From: a virus
Taxonomy: Duplodnaviria > Caudoviricetes
Virus record (IMG/VR): IMGVR_UViG_3300047480_000737
Coordinates: 1-34,711 of that record
Reading direction: 5' to 3' (one strand)
DNA: 34,711 bases
Part shown: piece after piece, positions 30,801 through 34,711 of the stretch
Layout: every line of letters starts with the position of its first letter
Position numbering within the stretch: position 1 is the first letter of the stretch
Translations under genes and position numbers: made by a program
The notes under the pieces: model-generated
Database searches by the model: none
Seen by the model: only the letters and a program-made list of their open reading frames with translations
What the model was told of the DNA's origin: nothing

Positions 30801-32596
30801 GAACTAGTGGTACTTCAGGTTCATCAGGGGTTGATGGTATAAATGGGACTGATGGTTCTTCAGGAACTAGCGGTTCATCGGGTACTGACGGTTCAAGTGG
30901 TACTTCAGGTAAAGCTGGAACATCAGGGACTAGCGGAACTTCAGGAACAAGTGGTTCATCGGGCACTAACGGTTCGTCAGGAACTAGTGGTTCGTCAGGA
31001 GTATCAGGAACAAGTGGAACTAACGGTTCTTCAGGAACAAGTGGAACTAATGGTTCTTCAGGTACTAATGGTTCTTCAGGTACGTCAGGTACTAGTGGAA
31101 CAAATGGTTCTTCAGGAACTAACGGTTCAAGTGGGACTTCAGGTAAAGCGGGTACGTCAGGAACAAGTGGTACATCAGGAACTAGCGGTTCTTCAGGAAT
31201 AAACGGAACATCAGGAACAAGTGGTACATCAGGTTCTTCAGGGACTAGTGGTACATCAGGTTCTTCAGGAATAAATGGAACATCAGGAACAAGTGGTACA
31301 TCAGGTTCTTCAGGGACTAGTGGTACATCAGGTTCTTCAGGAATAAATGGAACATCAGGAACAAGTGGTTCATCAGGGACAAATGGTTCAAGTGGAACTT
31401 CAGGTAAGGCTGGTACATCAGGAACAAGCGGAACTTCAGGAACAAATGGTTCTTCAGGAACAAGTGGTTCATCAGGGACAAATGGTTCAAGTGGAACTTC
31501 AGGTTCTTCAGGTGTTGACGGTATAAATGGAACTGACGGTTCTTCAGGAACTAGTGGCTCATCAGGTGTAAATGGTACTTCAGGCACTAATGGTTCAAGT
31601 GGAACTTCAGGTAAGGCTGGAACATCAGGGACTAGCGGAACTTCAGGAACAAGTGGTTCTTCTGGTATAAATGGAACGCCAGGTTCTAACGGGACAAGTG
31701 GAACATCAGGGACAAGTGGTTCTTCGGGTACTAATGGTTCTTCGGGTATAAATGGAACACCAGGTTCTAACGGTACCTCAGGAACATCAGGAACAAGTGG
31801 TTCTTCAGGTATAAATGGAACACCAGGTTCTAACGGAACAAGTGGAACTTCGGGTAAAGCAGGTACATCAGGTACAAGTGGAACATCAGGGACAAGTGGT
31901 TCTTCAGGTATAAACGGAACTCCAGGTTCTAATGGAACTTCGGGAACGAGTGGTTCTTCAGGTAAAGCGGGTACATCAGGTACTTCAGGTACAAGTGGTT
32001 CAAGTGGAACATCAGTTGCGGTTAGTGGGACATTGGATAGATACGTTAAATTTACATCACCAACTACTATAGGTGACTCAACGTTCCCTATCACTGATAA
32101 CACTACTTTAGGGGCGTTAGAAATGGGAACTTACGCTAATTCTGAGAGATATTATGAAGAAGATTATTCAAATCACAATTTAGCGGTAGTAGGTGGTGGT
32201 AGACCACAAAGTACTCGTAATATATTAATAAACAGAATTGCACTAAATAGTGCGGATGAATTGTATATTGAACTTACTAACCCATATTATTTTGATGTAC
32301 TTCAGAATAAAGTGTATGGTGTTGAAATATATTTAGTGGCTACTGAAGGGTCAACAGGTGATTGTGATTATCGACTGTATACAGGAGCAATTAAAAATAT
32401 TGGTGGTGTTGCCACACTTGTAGGACCAGGATTTACTGAAATTATTTCGGCACAAGATTCTAATTTATTTAGAGCGGTTATAACTGCATCGTCATCGCCA
32501 GAAAGGTTACGAGTTGTGATAATCAATCAATCACCGTCTAAAGATATACAAGTTGCTGCAAGAATTAATACGATAACACTAGACTTATTTAGTTAA
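24860..32596 (+). CDS. Giant Gly-X-Y (Gly-Thr/Ser-Ser) collagen-like fibre protein with an embedded C1q-like domain (2578 aa)
   Basis: Non-repetitive N- and C-domains plus three Gly-X-Y blocks separated by an 83-aa insert and a C1q/TNF-like domain. Confidence 0.85.
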   Translation: MMSFDYKNPVSANVVFGPISVDRANVEGTNFSVDSIGGYMEVYNLSDLIWTIPNDVLINGGAVEYSGNSIPINFSYNVPYGTSNEIRLYNDGISSGRRRLGMLVYVHETDLTYQYVIPDYTTLFNNAETAGSLTEVSTGYMCFNDTPQGELFLNAWTASTIEGVGGVTHNDARWRIADLNDTYITGGTFFTGASGINNYIELYDNSGNTVSITGMTDINVTGGTYFSASSEIHLYNNIGDTIIITGITATNSGTSGTSGSSGTSGSSGINGSSGTSGSSGTSGSSGTSGTNGSSGTSGTSGSSGTSGISGTSGTDGSSGTDGSSGTSGTSGTSGTSGTNGSSGTSGSSGTSGTSGISGTSGTSGIDGSSGTSGIDGSSGTSGIDGSSGTSGSSGESGTSGTSGSSGVDGINGTDGSSGTSGSSGISGTSGTNGSSGTSGTSGTNGSSGTSGSSGTSGTDGSSGTDGSSGTNGSSGTDGSSGTSGSSGVNGSSGTSGSSGESGSSGTSGSSGVDGINGTDGSSGTSGSSGESGTSGTSGTSGTNGSSGTNGSSGTNGSSGTSGSSGTSGESGTSGTSGSSGLSGVNGTDGSSGTSGSSGESGTSGTSGSSGVDGINGTDGSSGTSGSSGESGTSGTSGTNGSSGTSGTSGTSGTNGSSGTSGTSGTSGTSGTSGSSGTSGSSGTSGSSGTSGTSGSSGTSGSSGESGTSGTSGSSGVDGINGTDGSSGTSGSSGESGSAGTSGSSGTSGTNGSSGTSGSSGTDGSSGTSGSSGTDGSSGESGTSGTDGSSGTSGTDGSSGTSGSSGESGSSGTSGSSGVDGINGTDGSSGVSGSSGTDGSSGTSGTSGTNGSSGTSGSSGTNGSSGTSGTSGTDGSSGTSGSSGTDGSSGTSGTSGSSGTSGTSGTNGSSGTSGESGSAGTSGSSGVDGINGTDGSSGTSGSSGTDGSSGTSGSSGTSGTSGTNGSSGTSGSSGTSGSSGTSGSSGTSGTSGTSGTSGSSGTSGSSGVSADYIGNSTDCIDLSTLVVGTNITITTSVGLSYTIAQHLIVAYDNSNHFHGDVISYNPSTGSLTLQITEIDGSGNYCTWETNLDGASGGDGTSGTSGTSGTNGSSGTSGSAGTSGSSGVDGINGTDGSSGTSGSAGTSGSSGTNGSSGTSGTSGTNGSSGTSGTSGSSGTSGSSGTSPTGLVASDYVVQGYLSTNQSIPSNVDTIIQFIDDFDPNNWWDVSTYRFTPTIAGYYNVTLEVFWQTATVANNQYNSQIRKNGNQTFIWQNQTTTSAGVSQGNNKIIYFNGTTDYVEFTGYNGDPTSRNLEGGSNRSTSYFSAYLIVGGGTSGSSGTSGSSGTSGTSGASGSSGTSGSSGTSGTSGTNGSSGTNGSSGTSGSSGVSGTSGTSGTSGSSGTSGSSGTSGSSGVNGTSGTSGTSGTNGSSGTSGSSGTSGSSGTSGTSGVSGTSGTSGTSGSSGTNGSSGTSGTSGTNGSSGTSGTSGTNGSSGTSGSSGVDGINGTDGSSGTSGSSGINGTSGTSGVSGTSGTSGSSGVSGTSGTSGTSGSSGTNGSSGTSGTSGSSGTSGSSGTSGTSGTNGSSGTSGTNGSSGTSGSSGTSGTSGSSGTNGSSGTSGTNGSSGTSGTSGTNGSSGTNGSSGTSGTSGTNGSSGTSGSSGVDGINGTDGSSGVSGTSGTSGSSGVSGTSGTSGTNGSSGTSGTNGSSGTSGSSGTSGSSGVSGTSGTSGSSGVSGTSGTSGTSGTSGTNGSSGTSGTNGSSGTSGTSGTSGSSGTNGSSGTNGSSGTNGSSGTSGKAGTSGTSGTSGTNGSSGTSGSSGTNGSSGVDGINGTDGSSGTSGSSGINGTSGTSGTSGSSGTSGTSGSSGTNGSSGTSGTNGSSGTSGSSGTNGSSGTSGTSGSSGVSGTSGTSGTNGSSGTSGTNGSSGTSGSSGTSGTSGSSGTNGSSGTSGKAGTSGTSGTSGTNGSSGTSGSSGVSGTSGTSGSSGVDGINGTDGSSGTSGSSGTDGSSGTSGKAGTSGTSGTSGTSGSSGTNGSSGTSGSSGVSGTSGTNGSSGTSGTNGSSGTNGSSGTSGTSGTNGSSGTNGSSGTSGKAGTSGTSGTSGTSGSSGINGTSGTSGTSGSSGTSGTSGSSGINGTSGTSGTSGSSGTSGTSGSSGINGTSGTSGSSGTNGSSGTSGKAGTSGTSGTSGTNGSSGTSGSSGTNGSSGTSGSSGVDGINGTDGSSGTSGSSGVNGTSGTNGSSGTSGKAGTSGTSGTSGTSGSSGINGTPGSNGTSGTSGTSGSSGTNGSSGINGTPGSNGTSGTSGTSGSSGINGTPGSNGTSGTSGKAGTSGTSGTSGTSGSSGINGTPGSNGTSGTSGSSGKAGTSGTSGTSGSSGTSVAVSGTLDRYVKFTSPTTIGDSTFPITDNTTLGALEMGTYANSERYYEEDYSNHNLAVVGGGRPQSTRNILINRIALNSADELYIELTNPYYFDVLQNKVYGVEIYLVATEGSTGDCDYRLYTGAIKNIGGVATLVGPGFTEIISAQDSNLFRAVITASSSPERLRVVIINQSPSKDIQVAARINTITLDLFS
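25616..27883 (+). repeat. Gly-X-Y block 1 (252 triplets; acidic GES/GTD/GVD triplets)
   Basis: 2268 nt = 252 x 9; Gly at every third residue. Confidence 0.9.
28133..28411 (+). repeat. Gly-X-Y block 2 (31 triplets)
   Basis: 279 nt = 31 x 9. Confidence 0.9.
28412..28855 (+). other. C1q/TNF-like globular domain inside the giant fibre protein
   Basis: IIQF...DPNNWWDVSTYRFTPTIAGYYNV...IRKNG...GTTDYVEF...SYFSAYLI follows the gC1q pattern (F.....YD..TG.FT.P..G.Y.F...GD.V...STFSGFL). Confidence 0.7.
28856..32014 (+). repeat. Gly-X-Y block 3 (351 triplets; GKA and GTP appear distally)
   Basis: 3159 nt = 351 x 9. Confidence 0.9.
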
Positions 32597-32632
32597 AATT
32601 GGTAATAAAAAACTTTAATATAAAAATATATA

Positions 32633-34216
32633 ATGGCTAAAAAGGGATATACGATAAATGCACCTTCAGGTGTTACTATTAATGACACCGTTTTTAAAGA
32701 AGTTGGTGATGTTGACCCTACGGAGATTAAAACCGAGAAGTTAAGAAACGTCCAAGGGAGAACTACATATATTGTTGTTGATTCCCAAGGTTATATGGGT
32801 AAACAAACGGTATTTGCAGGAACATCAGGAACAAGTGGTTCTTCGGGAATTAACGGAACTCCAGGGTCTAATGGGACCTCAGGAACAAGTGGTTCTTCAG
32901 GTAGAGCTGGTACATCAGGTACAAGCGGAACTTCGGGAACAAGTGGGTCTTCAGGTATAAATGGAACACCAGGTTCTAACGGAACAAGTGGTTCTTCAGG
33001 TACAAACGGTTCAAGTGGAACTTCAGGAACAAGTGGTTCTTCAGGAATAAACGGAACGCCAGGTTCTAATGGAACTTCAGGTTCATCAGGTAAAGCGGGT
33101 ACTTCGGGAACAAGTGGCACTTCAGGAACATCAGGGTCTTCAGGAATAAACGGAACGCCAGGTTCTAATGGAACGTCAGGTTCAAGTGGAACAAGCGGTT
33201 CTTCAGGTACATCAGGGTCTAGTGGTGTTAATGGACCGACAGGTAGTCCTGGCCGTGATGGTACCTCAGGTGTTAATGGTCGTGACGGTTCGCCAGGTTC
33301 AAACGGAACTTCAGGTTCAAGTGGAACAAGTGGTTCTTCGGGTACAAGTGGTTCATCAGGAATAAATGGAACACCAGGTTCAAACGGAACTTCAGGTTCA
33401 AGTGGAACAAGTGGGTCATCAGGAATAAATGGTGCACCAGGTTCAAACGGAACTTCAGGTTCTTCAGGTAGAGCGGGTACTTCAGGAACAAGCGGAACTT
33501 CAGGAACAAGTGGGTCTTCAGGTATTAATGGTACACCAGGTTCAAACGGAACGCCAGGTTCTAACGGAACGCCAGGGTCTAATGGAACGTCAGGTTCATC
33601 GGGAATAAATGGAACGCCAGGTTCTAACGGAACGCCAGGGTCTAATGGAACGTCAGGTTCATCGGGAATAAATGGAACACCAGGTTCTAATGGAACGCCA
33701 GGGTCTAATGGAGGACCTGGTCCTACAGGTAGTCCTGGACCCCCAGGTTCTAACGGTACTTCAGGTATAAATGGAACGCCAGGTTCTAACGGAACGCCAG
33801 GGGGTCCTGGCCCGACAGGTAGTCCTGGCCGTGATGGTACCTCAGGTGTTAATGGTCGTGATGGAGGAACGGGACCTACAGGTAGTCCTGGACCTCCAGG
33901 TTCAAACGGAACGCCAGGGTCTAATGGTACTTCAGGTGTTAGCGGTTCGCCAGGGGGACCTGGCCCGACAGGTAGTCCTGGACCAACAGGAGGGCCTGGC
34001 CCAACAGGTAGTCCTGGACCTATAGGACCTACGGGACCTCCAGGACCTCCAGGAGGTGGAGGTGGAGGTAGTATCCCATTTAGTATATGTGGTGAATCTT
34101 GTGGTGAACTTATATCTATTGATGTGTGTGAAGACCCTAAAGCAGGTACGATAGTAGTGAGTTATTTAACCGCAGGATGTGGAAAACTCTCGTACGTTTT
34201 TCCTATGTTTCGATAA
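32633..34216 (+). CDS. Collagen-like protein (527 aa): 62-aa N-domain, 137 Gly-X-Y triplets, Gly6 linker, Cys-rich C-domain
   Basis: Gly-X-Y spans 32819-34051 (1233 nt = 137 x 9) and ends GPTGSPGPIGPTGPPGPP-GGGGGG. Confidence 0.88.
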   Translation: MAKKGYTINAPSGVTINDTVFKEVGDVDPTEIKTEKLRNVQGRTTYIVVDSQGYMGKQTVFAGTSGTSGSSGINGTPGSNGTSGTSGSSGRAGTSGTSGTSGTSGSSGINGTPGSNGTSGSSGTNGSSGTSGTSGSSGINGTPGSNGTSGSSGKAGTSGTSGTSGTSGSSGINGTPGSNGTSGSSGTSGSSGTSGSSGVNGPTGSPGRDGTSGVNGRDGSPGSNGTSGSSGTSGSSGTSGSSGINGTPGSNGTSGSSGTSGSSGINGAPGSNGTSGSSGRAGTSGTSGTSGTSGSSGINGTPGSNGTPGSNGTPGSNGTSGSSGINGTPGSNGTPGSNGTSGSSGINGTPGSNGTPGSNGGPGPTGSPGPPGSNGTSGINGTPGSNGTPGGPGPTGSPGRDGTSGVNGRDGGTGPTGSPGPPGSNGTPGSNGTSGVSGSPGGPGPTGSPGPTGGPGPTGSPGPIGPTGPPGPPGGGGGGSIPFSICGESCGELISIDVCEDPKAGTIVVSYLTAGCGKLSYVFPMFR

Positions 34217-34217
34217 T

Positions 34218-34255
34218 AATAAAAAAAGGTCAGAATATTCTGACCTTTTTTTATT
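34218..34255. terminator. Bidirectional intrinsic terminator (perfect 38-bp palindrome) between convergent genes
   Basis: AATAAAAAAAGGTCAGAAT|ATTCTGACCTTTTTTTATT gives a U7 tract on both strands. Confidence 0.88.
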
Positions 34256-34709
34256 TATAATGACTACCACCCACCCATAGAACAAAACTTCGTCTAGTTC
34301 CTTTGGTTACTTTAGTAACTCGGTGCATCATATAACTTGGGAAAATAACTACAACTCCCGCTCCTCTCGCGGCATTTTGTATGTTTTGACCTCCCGACCA
34401 AATTTGTAAATCACCACCTTCATATTCATCTGAATCTGATAGTTGTACGGTAATTGATACTTTTCTATGACTAGGAGAACCAGGACCAATATCTTGATGC
34501 CAATCATAATGGCCTTCATTTTTGTCATAATACTCAGTGTATTGAATTTCTTCGTCGGCACTTATTAAATCGAACCCCCATATTTTGTTGGCCTCGGTAG
34601 ATAAATCCATTAGTTTTTTGTAAACCCATAACCATTCATTGGTTTTTGGAATCCATTTAATTGATGAACTTCTAATTTCTGATGAAGTTGTTTCTTCACT
34701 TTCTCCAAT
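34251..34709 (-). CDS. 2OG-Fe(II) dioxygenase (prolyl-4-hydroxylase / PKHD-type fold), 5'-truncated by the window edge
   Basis: YDWHQD (HxD), RKVSITVQLS, YEGGDL, IFPSY..HRVTKVTKGTRRSFVLW (distal His and 2OG-binding Arg). The frame stays open upstream of the ATG at 34610 (...EIRSSSIKWIPKTNEWLWVYKKL-M). Confidence 0.9.
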   Translation of the reverse strand: MGESEETTSSEIRSSSIKWIPKTNEWLWVYKKLMDLSTEANKIWGFDLISADEEIQYTEYYDKNEGHYDWHQDIGPGSPSHRKVSITVQLSDSDEYEGGDLQIWSGGQNIQNAARGAGVVVIFPSYMMHRVTKVTKGTRRSFVLWVGGSHYK

Positions 34710-34711
34710 AA

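Noticed and set aside
25632-31202. Many short shifted-frame ORFs (MVLQEQVV...) within the fibre gene
   Set aside because: Alternative-frame read-outs of the repeat. They start at ATG/GTG inside AAT-GGT or AGT-GGT and mostly end at the TAA in GGT-ATA-AAT.
25616-32014. Possible CRISPR array or non-coding satellite
   Set aside because: No constant repeat with unique spacers; variation is synonymous and the frame is preserved, so it is coding.
28837-32103. 1088-aa antisense ORF (PLVPEEP...), plus similar ones at 25555-26844 and 32791-33120
   Set aside because: Shadow of the Gly-X-Y repeat. A stop in that frame needs a sense codon starting TA or CA (Tyr/His/Gln), which the repeat lacks, so the open frame is automatic.
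25616-34051. Abundant N-G-S/T N-glycosylation sequons in the repeats
   Set aside because: An automatic consequence of Asn-Gly followed by the dominant Ser/Thr; not independent evidence of N-glycosylation.

Overview
This AT-rich, densely coding window looks like a fragment of a large tailed phage with a contractile-tail baseplate, most likely infecting Bacteroidetes (inferred). 1-6091 is a replication and nucleotide module: a partial 5'-3' exonuclease, a hypothetical protein, a DnaB/gp41-like helicase, and class Ia nrdB-nrdA, closed by an intrinsic terminator. 6184-24846 is a baseplate/virion module: gp25-like, gp6/baseplate-J-like, a 1630-aa protein with an internal membrane-like segment, a PKD-domain protein, a gp7/gpI-like protein and a SprB-repeat adhesin-like protein. 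24860-34216 encodes two Gly-X-Y fibre proteins. The first (2578 aa) has about 634 nearly proline-free Gly-(Thr/Ser)-Ser type triplets and an embedded C1q-like domain. The second (527 aa) grades into true Gly-Pro-X collagen. They face a convergent 2OG-Fe(II) oxygenase across a perfect 38-bp palindrome. Best candidate novel system: a phage 'extracellular-matrix-like' fibre module (giant Ser/Thr collagen-like fibre, C1q-like head, Pro-collagen, candidate hydroxylase), together with a [S/T]-G-x-[T/S] motif recurring across the virion proteins and a TATTTAT motif before genes. All family assignments are from motif recognition by eye, not database searches.
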